Positions 36,501-48,240 of a DNA stretch of 64,000 bases are shown here, piece after piece (positions within the stretch are counted from its first letter, which is position 1; each line of letters opens with the position of its first letter). The DNA is from Cyanophora paradoxa CCMP329 (Eukaryota; Plantae; Glaucophyta), in the NCBI GenBank assembly GCA_004431415.1, contig QPMI01000395.1:372001-436000 (forward strand), read 5' to 3'. The notes beneath the pieces are model-generated. The model worked only from the letters and a program-made list of their open reading frames with translations, ran no database searches and was not told the origin of the DNA. A program made the translations under genes and the position numbers.

Positions 36501-38540
36501 CCCGCTGACCCCCGGCCCCGGCCACGGACCCCGCAGGAGGTGAACCGGATTCTCGGGGAGCACGGCCGTGCCATCGCCGACCTCCAAACGCTGAAGGCGC
36601 GCCGCCCGCCCGCGCCCCCGCGCCTAAGAAGCTTACAGACGCTAATCAAGGAGAAGGCCTGACCCTTGAAAACAATTGTATAATTAGCTCCAGGCCCTCA
36701 AGGCCCGCCCCCGCGCTCGCTCGCCCGCGTCCTTAAGAGATGTGCTTATTAAGGAGAAGAGCTTGCGCTTCACTTCAACTACCTCAACGAAGCTCAAAAG
36801 AAGCTTGAGATAGCTTGATCCCCCAGCTCGCCTTTGCCTCTCCTCCGCCCCCCCCCCCTCCCCCCCCGCCCCCCCCCCCCCCCTCCCCCACCCCCGCCCA
36901 GGGCACCCCCAGCGCCCATCGCTTGTTCGAGTCTCGAACGGGCGGGCGCAGGGGTACCTCCTCCAGCAGGGGGCCGGCGCCGCCACGAAGGAGTACGTCA
37001 ACCAGCAGATCAGGGTGAGGCCGTACCCCCTCTTCCCGGGGGGCCCTCTGTTCCCTGGGGCGTCCGCTGGCCCCGCGGGGCGGACGCTCTTGGGCCTCCC
37101 CCCCGTTAGGCGGGCTACCCCCCCTCGCCCGTATCTGACCATTAAGCCCACCCGCCTCCGCCTCCGAAGGCCCTGCGGGACGAGGTCTTCGCGGCACTGG
37201 AGCGAAGCATCGCCGAGCGCCTCGAGCTCTCCCAGCTCAAGGTGCGCGCTCGCAAGCAGTAGGAGACCAGAAGAGGAGGGAAGCGTCGTCGATGGGCATC
37301 AGAAGATTAGCATTCAGAGACTAGAAGGAAGATGAGGTTAGATGAGAGCGGTGGGAATGGTGGAGTAAAGGCTGAGGGATGAGCGGCACGAGCCTTCCCA
37401 GCTCGAGGCGGGACTGCGACCCTGACCGACAGATAGAGGAAGACTAGAGCAATAGAAGATTTTAAGGGGGCCGCGACGGACCCTGATAAACCTGGACCGA
37501 AACCGAGGATAGGACCCTCGGCTTGGCGGCTCCGCCGGCTCTAACCCCAGGGCTTGCCGAGCCGCACCCGCGGCTCCTGCCCCCCCCTCCACCCCCCTGA
37601 TATCCCGTACCCCAGGCGACGCTCGAGCCCTTCGTCGCGCGGCTCATGGACCGGGACGCGGCCGCCCGGTACCCCCCGCCGCCCTTCTCCCCCTTTCCGC
37701 CCCCGCTTTCTTTGGTCCGATTCGCTGAGCGCCGCCAGGTACCGCTGCCTCTCCTGCGATACCCCCGTCCTGCCGGTCCTAGCCCCCGCGGGTCCCGGCA
37801 TCGGCTCGGGGGGCGGCGGCCCCCCCACGAATCGAACCCTTAGCCCGTCGCGAGCCTCGACACCGGCCCCGCCCCTCCCCTCCAACCCCTCTACCCCCGG
37901 CCCCACGCCCCGCGGCCTCCGGCCCGGTACCCCCCAGGCCGCGGCACCTACAGCCCCCCACTACCGTCTGGAGGCGGGCCCCCGCCGGCCCTCCAGCGCG
38001 GGGCCTGTACCCCCGTACTCCTCCCGCCCCGGCGCCGGCCCTGCCGCGCCTCTGGCCTCCCCTGTCGCATCCCCGTCCCCCCCGCCTGAGGCCCTTGCAT
38101 CGGACGCCGACGACGGGGCATTCTTCGGGTACCCCGCTGGACCCTCCCCCCAGGCTCTTCCTTTCGGAGCTGACGCGCAGCAGGGACAGGGACGCGGGGG
38201 CCGCCCCGGCCGCCGGCGCCGCCGCCGGCGGGCCGCCCTCCGCGTCCCCACGCCGGCCTGCCAGCGCTTGGCCGGGCACGGGGGCGGTGCGCCCGTGCCG
38301 GCCGCCGCGCCGCCGGGGCCGCCGGCCCCGGCCCGGGCGGGCGGAGCTCACGGAGCGGCGGCGACCATCGCCGCCTCGCGCCCGGCCTCGGCCTCGGCGT
38401 CGGTGTCGGGGGGTACCGGTAACGCCGACCGGGGCCTGCCCGCCCGCCGCAAGGCCCCGACGCCCCCCTCGACCCCGCCCCGGCCCCCGTCGCCCTCCCC
38501 CGCCGGCGCACCCCCTTCTCGCAAGCAGACGCCGGCGTGA
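33579..38540 (+). CDS. Multi-exon coiled-coil protein with an RCLSCD motif and Pro-rich tail (reminiscent of QRICH2/DUF4795)
   Basis: Phase-0 exons 33579-33872, 33936-34016, 34087-34188, 34243-34302, 34407-34463 and 34527-34583 join in frame. KAD/KID repeats; YRCLSCDTP near 37740; stop at 38540. Confidence 0.75.
35870..36420. repeat. Intronic direct and inverted repeat cluster (gcgctagatgtctaagatg)
   Basis: Several direct copies with an inverted block at about 36150-36210. Confidence 0.75.
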
Positions 38541-39323
38541 CGCGTCTTGAGCTCCACAGCTCGACGCACACCTCTCTCGCTCTAAGCCAAGTCAGAGGAA
38601 GATCATCTTATTCTTTTGTAGATTTGGTGAATAAGACTACGTATATCAGTAGTACTAGTATAATGCGTACTAGCCACGTGCGCAGGCGACGTCTCTAGAG
38701 CCCGACGCCGGCGCCGTGATCATGCATATGACTGTGTCGGACGAGCGCTGCGGCCGGCGGTGCATGCACGTGTGGCTATTGCAAGTTCGTATGTAGTGTC
38801 GATCTGACTGATCATGAGACGACTGGGTGACTTTGGGACCCGAGTCTGGGTCACGCCCGTCCAAGACAATGCGCAACGCTCAAGAAAACCTCACGATCAT
38901 GATATCGATCAGTCGGATTAATATTGGGCGCGCGCTGCAGCTGCAGCTGGCGCCGGGCGTCTAGATCTGTCGTCTTAGCTTATATAATTATCTACAGAAA
39001 ACCAACAATTGCAATCTTAAAAGCTTCAACGAGTACTGCTGCTAGGCTACTCTTGAGCCTCGGAGACTTCAAGATCTAGAAACCGTTGAACCGCCCGCGC
39101 TAACGAGGCCACTAACATGGCCATATCATATATAGTATTTAATTATTCTGAAACCTGGCCGGCGGGCCGGGGCCGAATTTCGTCATGATCAGTGATGCGC
39201 AGCACCAGTCGACGTCAGTAATGCAAGAGAGGCAGCCAGGCTCGCGATTAGTTCTTTTTATACATTATTATTTTTCGTTTACGATAGGGCCGACACCTGT
39301 ACCAATCTTCCCTGCTATATATC

Positions 39324-39961
39324 TTTTTTTTTTTTTTGGTGAATTACCGGCCACAGCCTCTAGTCTACTCCAGCACTGTGGGGGCGTGTACAGGCAAGGT
39401 GGGGCATGATCGATCGGAATTATGTGGAACGGGCGGGATTTGAAGGCGTGATTCTCATCGCAGGGCGATTCGAACACGGAAGGCATGCATCGGAAAGCGT
39501 GTATGATAACCACACCGCTATGAGCGGGGTAGATCTACGACGAGGCAGCTAACTATATGACATACATTCAGACGAGAGCTCAATGCAAGTTTGTATCATC
39601 GAATCGCAAGAATGCAAAACTACAGTTGGGCAGTACATATCACAGCATAATGAAAGGTAGAGATGTACAGACTAGGCTAAAGCTTCTTCGCGGTTGACAT
39701 CAAGTGCTGTTACATATACGGACTGAAAGTGAGTCTCTGTTAATGGGAGGCTACATACATCGCGAACTGCTAATTCAGCACTGACTGGGCAAGGAACGAA
39801 ATATGCACGTGCTAGCATGCTAGCTTGCCAGTACCGAGCGAAAATTACTGGCCATTATGACGACGGATTCATCCCGTCCTCAGCTTACGAACCTGCGTAC
39901 ATCAGCAGCGCTAACTGATTCATCGATACCCATCACTGTGGGTGCTGCAAGTCCTGCCGAA
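39324..39961 (-). mobile_element. 5'-truncated LINE remnant
   Basis: Poly-T followed by ggtgaattaccggccacag..., the reverse complement of the 27682-27750 terminus. Possible degenerate TSD gctatatatc / gctatagctatc. Right boundary uncertain. Confidence 0.6.
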
Positions 39962-40116
39962 GCTATAGCTATCTACCGGCTTCTAAATGCGGAATCGACA
40001 TAAATATGAAATGTATACGAAACCAAGAGCATGCACGTATATATACGCGGATGAAAATCGGCCGGAAGTCAGCGGCCCGTATAGGCAAAAGGACTCCGGG
40101 AGCGATGCCGGGGAGC

Positions 40117-41434
40117 CTAGGAGACCGTGTACACGGGGAAGGAAGGCCAGGACGGGAAGGGAAGGCGATCCAGCTGGAGGGGGGCGGGCTCCGGGGCGGG
40201 GCGGGGGCGCTTGGCGGGGCGGGCCTCGGCGGGGGCGGAGGCGCAGGCGATGGCGGCGAGGTCGAAGAGGGAGCAGGAGGCGCTGCGGGCGCCGTCGGAG
40301 GAGGCCGAGGCGGTCGACGCCGCGTCGTCCCCGTCCGCGCTCCCGGGCTCCGACGCCGACGGCGACGCCGGCAGCGCCAGCGCCGAGCGCCTCCCGGACT
40401 TGCCCGCCCGCGGTCGCCGCGCTTCTTCCGCCCGCCCCCGCTTGGCGGCGGACACTTTAATTTCCTCCGCAGCGATCGAAGTCGGGGCGCTGTGGGCGGG
40501 GCCCGTGAGCGGCGGGGCGCCGGAGGCGGCAGTGAATTGCAACCAAAAAAACTCAAAGCACCGTGCAGAGCGCGGGGCGCGGGGCAGGTGCGCGACAGTG
40601 CGGACGGGGCCGAAGGAAGAGATGGGCTGGCCGGAGTCGTCCTCGAAAAGGAGGCGAAACGGCCGCCCCCCGAGCCTGTACGTGCTGGCTCCGATCCCGA
40701 AGGAGGCGGAAGAGACGCCGCTGGCGTCCATGCGGAGGGAGACGGAGCTCACGGGCAGGCCGTAGGGCCCCGCCTCCGTCGGGAACGCGAGGAGCGGGCC
40801 CGCGCTGTTGTCCAGCGCCGGCACAGCCTGCCCGTTGTCTGCTCCGGGGCTCACGGTCAGAGCAAGAATAAATTTACTGTTGAAGGCACTTATTAAAAGG
40901 GCGGAGGGGTGGGCAAAAGCGGACCATTAAAGACGAGGCGGACCCTCAGGACGCGTCCGTGCCAGTGCCCCGCCCCGCTGGCGCCCAGGCCGCCGCCGAG
41001 CCTCGTCTGCAGCCTGTAACGCCTGCACGCGCATTCGAGGGAGGCCGGGGGGTCCGACGGTCAGACGGGTCACCAGCAGGCTGCGCGCGCGCGGGGGCGA
41101 ACCGGACGCTGACAAGCAGGTAGCCGCCCCCGGGCTGCTCCCCGACGGCCTCGTACCTCTGCGCGCGAGTGTTAAATTAAATGCGGGAAGCCAGCGCTGC
41201 ACTGTTGCAGGCCGTACGCGTACGAACCGGCGATCCGTGGCTGTCGTCGCTGTCGTAGGAGCGCGCGGACCTCGAGTGGGGGGCGGGGCGGCCCTTGCCG
41301 GCGTGGACGAGGACAAAAGGGCAGCGCTCCTCGTCGACATCGGACACTTCGTCCGCGGGGCGCGCCGGGAGAGCGAGCTCGACGGGCGGCGGCTGGGCGG
41401 CCGCCTCAGAATTGATCAGCTCCGCAATGCGCAT
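40117..41434 (-). CDS. Multi-exon gene, putative Ig-fold DNA-binding protein
   Basis: Starts MRIAELIN. Spliced core LRVRLVFNDNGQAVP...DASGVSSASFGIGASTYRLGGRPFRLLFED, basic NLS-like KRGR and KRPR, stop at 40117. Confidence 0.55.
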
Positions 41435-41822
41435 CTCGGTGCAGTTGGCGTGCTGCGCGATGCCCAGGCGATGCTGATCTGCCAGACGGCCTAAGGCTGC
41501 CGGCGAGGAAACGATATGCGTTCGCGTCCGACGGACCGGCGACGGTGGGGCCAAGCCTTCCAGGCTTGCCAATTGCAAAAGTTAAGTTGAAGGCGACGAG
41601 GCTCGATGACGAGACGTGAGCTCGGAATTTCCTCTCTCTAGACTCTGCTGACTCAGTGAGACTCTAGATATCATACTAGCCTATAACCGTAGTACTAGGC
41701 TACCGCGCCGTAATTATATATATAACCGCGGCCGGTAGCCTAGTAGACTAATTAAGAAACTTTGAAACGGCGGTAGTCACTGATTATGTATATATACGTA
41801 CTAGGCCGCGAGTCTAGGCGTA

Positions 41823-42063
41823 CTGTAAAACGAGAAATGTCCGGCGTCACTTTATTTCGGCAAAACCTGAAAAATGCGCCGAAATTGTGGTTCATCGGCA
41901 TCATATTTTCGGCAACACAGCCAGTCCGCCTAGGTGGCGGGTACATCAATCCCTCTTTTGCCATACATTTGCACAATTCTGGCAGTTTCAAATATTCGGC
42001 ACCGCGAGGCTATGCCGAAAAGCGCCGAATATTAAGTGCTGCCGGACATTTCTCGTTTTACAG
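41823..42063. mobile_element. MITE with TA TSD (Tc1/mariner-pogo-like)
   Basis: TA|CTGTAAAACGAGAAATGTCCGGC ... GCCGGACATTTCTCGTTTTACAG|TA. Confidence 0.9.
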
Positions 42064-42129
42064 TACTACGGTATACCGTAGTACGTACGAGTAACTACGC
42101 TCCACGGCAATTTAACTACGCCTACAGTA

Positions 42130-42399
42130 CCGTAGAGCAGGAAAATAGTGGGCCGGAAATTAGTGGACTAGAAAACTTGGCCCTGCCTTAGGCAAAATAC
42201 CGGAGCCCGAAATTAGTGGACAAAAACCTTGTCAGGCTTGTAAGGGGCGGTAATTTTGGGGGGGTACTGTATCAAGAAGCCTAGCAGCAGGGAAATACTG
42301 GAGCCCGAAATTAGTGGACTGATCGAGTCAAGTTTTCGGTCCACTAATTTCGGGCTCAACTAGTTTTCTGCGTCCAGTATTTTCCTGCTCTACGTACGG
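42130..42399. mobile_element. MITE with TA TSD (pogo-like)
   Basis: TA|CCGTAGAGCAGGAAAATA ... TATTTTCCTGCTCTAC(gtac)GG|TA. Confidence 0.85.
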
Positions 42400-42473
42400 T
42401 AGCAGCTATACCATGATAGTCGATTCGAGAGTCGGAGGCTCGCGATCGGAGCTCGCGAGTCGTGACTCGCGAC

Positions 42474-42969
42474 TAGGGCTGGGTTCAGTCACTGTCAGTC
42501 AAAGTCAGAGGGTCTGACTGACCCGACTGAGTCACCAAATTGGCCGACTGAGGTTCTCTCAGTCCCATACAAAACCCTGCTGGGAGCGTGCCCCCCTGTG
42601 GGCTTTTTCCATCTGAAGCTCGACGTGGATCGACCTAAAAAGGATCTTCTGTCGTCTTTCCTCCAGAAAAACAACGCAATCTGAACAAAACCGCCCGCGC
42701 TAATGAGGCTAACGGCGTCTGACACCTGACGGGGGCCGAATTCCTTTCTTCAGTGTTCTTTGCTCGCCTAATCTCCCCCTACTGCCCTCGCACTGTATAC
42801 GTATACGTATACGTACTTGGCAACTTAGATGGATCGCTGGGTCATTTCCGGGTCATTTTCCTCAGTTTTTGCACGGTAGCCTGACTGAACCTCGGGTTGA
42901 CTGATTCAGTCACAGTCAGGGGGGCTGAGCGACTGGGTCAGGGCTGGAGCCTGACTGAACCCAGCACTA
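42474..42969. mobile_element. hAT-type MITE with 8-bp TSD
   Basis: TIR TAGGGCTGGGTTCAGTCA / TGACTGAACCCAGCACTA; TSD ctcgcgac at 42466-42473 and 42970-42977. Internal part resembles 39090-39195. Confidence 0.92.
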
Positions 42970-43120
42970 CTCGCGACTCAGTGACTCTCACTGTGAGTCG
43001 TGATCGAGATCATCGGATCACGTGCACGGTGCACCGAGCTACTAGCTATAGGCCTATAGCTAGGGCTAGTGCCACCGACTCCGGCGAGTCGGCGGCGACT
43101 CGAGCTCGGCGACCGTCGGA

Positions 43121-43510
43121 TAGGGTTGGTGAATTTCATGAAATTCAAAAATTTGGCGTTGAAACTGAAAGTCGACCCTTTGAAAGCTTTGAAAATTCAA
43201 TTGAAATTTCAATCCGCAGTGCAGCACTTGCAGAGACCCCACGCACTGCGGAGAGTCTCTTTCCCTCTGAATTGTCTCTAATCGACTTCACTCTCACTCT
43301 CTGAGTCTCTTTACGGGCTGGGAGGGCTCCCGGGAAGGCCGGAGGGGCTGGGAAGGGGAAGCTGAGGGTGCGAAAACGGAGAAATTCAATATATTTTATT
43401 ATTTTTATATTCTATTTCAATGCAATTTCAACGGGCGGCGTTGAAATTGAAATTGAATTTTCAATTTCAATGCAATTTCAATGGCTTGAAATTTCAAGCT
43501 GCCAACCCTA
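43121..43510. mobile_element. hAT-type MITE with 8-bp TSD
   Basis: TAGGGTTGG...CCAACCCTA; TSD ccgtcgga on both sides. Confidence 0.9.
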
Positions 43511-43701
43511 CCGTCGGACGGTACTCGGACCGTCCGACGCGGTCGGAGTGCCACCGACTGGCACCGAGTGCCACTCGCGAGTCTCCGCCGACTCTCCGCC
43601 GAGTCTCCGGATCCGGCCGAGGCTCGCGAGTCGCGAGATCTAGACTCGCGAATCGGCGTAGTACTCGCGATCGCGAGATTCGCGACTCGCGCGATCGCGA
43701 C

Positions 43702-44070
43702 TAGGGCACTGGCCGGCGGCCAAGCCGGCTAGCTAGCCGGCCAGTTTGGGCCGGGGGTCGACGGGCTAGGCGGCCGAAACCCCGGCTTGCCAGCCCAGGG
43801 GTTTTTCCGGCTTTCCCCGGCTTGTCAGCCAAGTCAGCAAGCCCGGGGCTCGCAATCTAGCCGGCGAACGAAGCATAGGTGAAGTAAGCGCGAGCTGCAC
43901 CAAGCCAGACCAAGCCGTGCTGGCCACCGGTTCCATAGTAACTGGCAAGCCGCTGGCACGCCAGCCGAAATTTTGGAGCCGCCAAGCCGCTAGGGCCAGC
44001 CCCGGTGCAAGCTCTCGGAATTTTGGGCCAGCCCCGGTGCAAGCTTCTAGACCCGCCGGCCAGTGCCCTA
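43702..44070. mobile_element. hAT-type MITE with 8-bp TSD
   Basis: TIR TAGGGCACTGGCCGGCGG; TSD atcgcgac on both sides. Confidence 0.92.
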
Positions 44071-45792
44071 ATCGCGACTCGAGCTCGCGGCGCCTACTAG
44101 CCTAGGCCGCCGACGAATAGGAGCGCGCTTCAGCATCAAACTAGAAATGAATGTAGGATTCAACGGTTCAACCGTTCGATCATGCAAGTTGCTTGCATGA
44201 GCAGTCAACTGACCAATTACTGCGGTTCAACGGTTCGATCATTTAAGCCGACTGACCAATTACAGGACAGAAAAAATTCACTTCACCACTGCAGCGTCGA
44301 CGTCCGCCGGGCCCCTTCGAATTTTTCGAATGACGGAGCCAATCGCACGACCGTCGGACGTCAGACTTCCGATCCGAGCTCGAGAGTCGGACCGCGCCTC
44401 CGACTCTCCGGGGGATCCGCGGGCCTCGGCAGATATATCGCGATTCGCGACTCATGATCATGCGCAGACTCGCCGCAGATCTACTAGTAGAGACTACTAC
44501 CGGTAGGCTAGAGTCAGCGTTGCAAGTGCGCGTGCATGCCATGATGCGCAATTGCAATAGCAATCGGCGTGCCAATCGCCGGCGAATCCCGCCGGCGGGC
44601 CTTCCCGAAAATCCCGGATTCCCGGCGCTCAGGGTTCGCCGCCCAAAACTTTTGGAAAAAGAATGCAAAAAGTTTTGCAAAAAGTTTCAGAAATTTTTAA
44701 AAGTTTTGGTCCCCGTTTAATTTCGGCCCTCAAAAGTTTTGGAAAAGTTTTGCGCACCCCACCCCCCTCATCCTCCGAAATATATCGTTTGCGGCGGCTT
44801 AGGCGAAGTTAAATGAAGATATAAACGACACAGAAGGCAATCTGAGGCTATTCTGAGCGTGGAAGGCGAGTTCTTGAGCTTCTGGCTCCTGTTGGGGAGC
44901 CTCAGATCTAGAGGGGGGGTACCGGTATACTTGCAATTGGCCTGGAATTGAAACACGAGCAGCTGCAGGCGGGTTTCATGTGCAGATAGCAGCTCTCGCA
45001 AGCCTGCGATCGATAAACATGAGTTAAACAATGTTTTAGACGTGTTTGAACGCGATTTGAAGCACTTTAGACGATGGTTTCGAATTCGATTCTTTCGGGG
45101 CAAACATTTTCTAAAAAGTTCGCAAAAATGTTTCATACAAGGCAATTGCAAAAATGTTTGGACCCTCGCCCCAAAAAATTTAAATTTCCCATCCCTGGTC
45201 ACGGGCCGGGTGACGCCAGTCGGAGGTGGTCGCGTCATCACAGAGACTAGTGCTAGTGAACTTCGGAAATCGGACCGACTCCGACTTGGGGCTCCGACGC
45301 TCGAGACTCGAGATAAGTCACGTGTTATTTCGAAAGCGATTGTTCGGATCCGGATGGGGCAAATTCTTACAGAACCAGCTAATTTTGAAATGAATTTACA
45401 CCAAGTTTTTACAGTTACACAATGAATGAAATCGCAGAGATGCTGAGATGGGCGATGGATACATAGATATAACCGAATTTAAAGAATTGGGGAATTTAAT
45501 CCAAAATTAGTGTTAAGCTTGCCACAATTGCGAATTCGAAAGGAAGGAATTCGAACGGCAAGTTGCAACTTGCAAGTTCCAACATATGGCAACTTGCAAG
45601 CCCGAATTGACTCGAGCTGCGTCGAGCAGCGTCGAGCTCCGCATGCGCAAGTGCAACTTGAGCTCCGCAATCTCCGGATTGACTCCGCAATGACCAGCTC
45701 CGCATTGCAATGACTCGCGCTCGAGCTCAGCCAATAGGACGTATACGCGGCTCAGCCGCGTGACGTCGACTCAGTGAATCGCGTGACTCAGT

Positions 45793-46214
45793 TAGGGCAC
45801 TGGCCCGGGTCTGGCCGTCGGGGGCCCGGGGCTAGACCCTTGCACCGGGGCTGGCCCAAAATCTCAAGTCCGACGGTCCTCGCACCGCCGCGCGGCACCG
45901 GGGCTGGCCCTAGCGGCTAGGCGGCTCCAAAATTTCGGCTGGCTTGGAAGCGGCTTGCCAGTTACTATGGTACAAGTGGCCAGCGCGGCCTGGCTGGCTT
46001 GGAGCAGCTCGCGCTAACTTCACAGTCTTCACCAAATCTTCGTTCGCTGGCTCGTTTGCGAGCCCGGGGCTTGATGACTTGGAAGGCAAGCCATAGAAAG
46101 CCGGCAAAACCCCTTGGCTGGCAAGCCAGGGTTTCGGCCGCCTAGCCCGTCGCCCCCTGGCCCAAACTGGCCGGCGAGCTAGCCGGCTAGCGCGTGGCCG
46201 CCGGCAGTGCCCTA
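45793..46214. mobile_element. hAT-type MITE, inverted sister copy of 43702-44070
   Basis: TAGGGCACTG...CAGTGCCCTA; interior is a reverse-complement homologue; TSD degraded. Confidence 0.85.
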
Positions 46215-46823
46215 ACTAGTAATCATGATGAGCTAGCGCTTGCAATTGGCAATTTGCCAAGTTGGCATGCGCAGCCCACCGTTTCACGGTTTAACAGAGT
46301 ATTAATGCACGCATAATATTAACGCGTCTCCAACTTAATGCATTTTCTGCCGTCAAAATGCATTTATTTGGGGGTGCACTATTAGTCTCGCAGCAGACTC
46401 TCGCTACAGGCCCTACAGGGCCTACACAGGGCCACACTGGCGCGTCCGGCGTCCAAGTCCAAAAACGCATTAATATTTTGTTTTACTAATTATAAGAAAG
46501 TTTCGCAATTACTAGTAGATTGGAGGCAATTTGGAGCTTGCATGATCGAGCCTTTTCAAGTTTTGCAGGAACTTGCAGGCTCCGAGTCCTCCGAGTCTCC
46601 GACTCTAGCCTCCGAGTGGACTCGTCGGACTCGACGACGAGTCGACGTCGACTCGACGACGACGTCGTCACGACGATCGCGATTCGCGCGCGCGAGTCGA
46701 CGACTCGACGTCGACGTCATGACACGGTCATGTTCATGACTGATGATGACTCATTGATGAGTCGATCATGATTCATGACCACACTGTGTGAGTCACACAG
46801 TGTGACAGTACTACTACTGAGTA

Positions 46824-47053
46824 CTGTAGAACTAGAAATATTTAGTGTGCTGCATATTTATAGTACTAAAAAGTTTTGGGCGATCTACTAAATATTTCTC
46901 GCCTTCTAAAGCCGAGATTTCTTAGGGGTAGTCCCTTCTCCGCCATACAAAAGCCCTTCGCAGACCGACCTACTAAAGATTTTGCCCCTGCTAAAGTGAC
47001 AGTTTTGACGAACTACTAATTATTTTCCTGTACTAAATAAACTAGTTCTACAG
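46824..47053. mobile_element. MITE with TA TSD
   Basis: TA|CTGTAGAACTAG ... CTAGTTCTACAG|TA. Confidence 0.8.
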
Positions 47054-47291
47054 TAATTAATCATCATGGCATGCATACTAGTATGCTGACATTGACTGTG
47101 AGTCTGTGACTGACATTGACTGTGTACATGTGACATGACATTGATAACTCATGAATCTTATCATAGTATGAATCTTATGAATCGTTTTTTGAACGTGCAC
47201 GGCGCGCGCTGCATGCACCGTGATGCACGCGGCCCCCGGGCCCGCGCTCGCGCGCGCGCGGCACATATAGCAATGATTCCCGATTCGAATT

Positions 47292-47713
47292 CCCGATCTC
47301 TTCCCGGAGTCTTGGTCGCACCCGTCGCCGGCTTGCCGAGCCTGCGTCTGAGCAGCGTCTCCTTCTAGTTCCCTCCGAGGCTCCGGCGGTTTGCCGGCCG
47401 CGGGCCGGACCCGGTGTGACCCTCCGGCCCTTAATCTTGCTCTTGGTCCCGCCTCTGCCTTCGTCTTCTGCTTCGTGTCTGTCATCTTCTACTAGGCTAG
47501 ATCCATACAGAAATTCTGTTCAAGAGTATCAAATATTCGTCAAAGCTCGGGTCTGACGAATATAGACGAAATAAGGACGCTGTAGAAGATTCCTACGTTT
47601 ACAGTAGTTCCTTTGCTTTTTGTCCCTGTGCCCCCTGGGCAGCCCCTGCAGTGCTGGTGTCTAGAGACTGCAGCTGTGGGCCTGTGGGCCGTGGCCGGTA
47701 TACGTAATTCACC
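47292..47713 (+). mobile_element. Degraded LINE 3' fragment
   Basis: Matches 26953-27110 and the 27660-27741 terminus. Confidence 0.85.
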
Positions 47714-48240
47714 TTTCGTTGTGGGCCTTGTGCCGCCCACTTTCCGACTCCCAGCTAGCCCTGGTCGTCGGCTCTAAGCCGGCAGCTTGCCTTGCCTTGT
47801 ACCCTTTGTAGCCTGCTATTCCTGGTGCCACGTTGTTGCCAACTGGCCCGCTTATTTTAGCCCTGGGCCCTCGCTTGCCCTGCGCGGCGCTCGCTTGCTG
47901 GCTGTCGTTCTCGTCCCTGTTCTCTGTACTTACTGTCTTACGCTGTACCTGTTACTTGCTGTCTTACGCCGGCTCTGCGCCTGCTGTGTACGTAATGGCA
48001 CCCGCTTGCCGTCGCCCTACGGTGCTGTACGGGCCTGTCCGGATCCCTCTCTGCTTGGGGCGCCTCTGGGCCTAGCCAACTGCTTAGCGCATCCCGCTCA
48101 GCGCAGCCTGTGGGCCGTGGCCGGTATACGTAATTCACCTTTCGTAATTCACAGTATCATTCTAGTTTTTGTCATCCTTTCGTTGTTGCAATTGGATTCA
48201 TTCTTCTTTTTTCCAGGCAAATTCCAGAATTTGTTTTTAG

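Noticed and set aside
44632-45197. hAT MITE CAGGG...CCCTG
   Set aside because: Terminal match is only about 5 bp and the flanks give no TSD.
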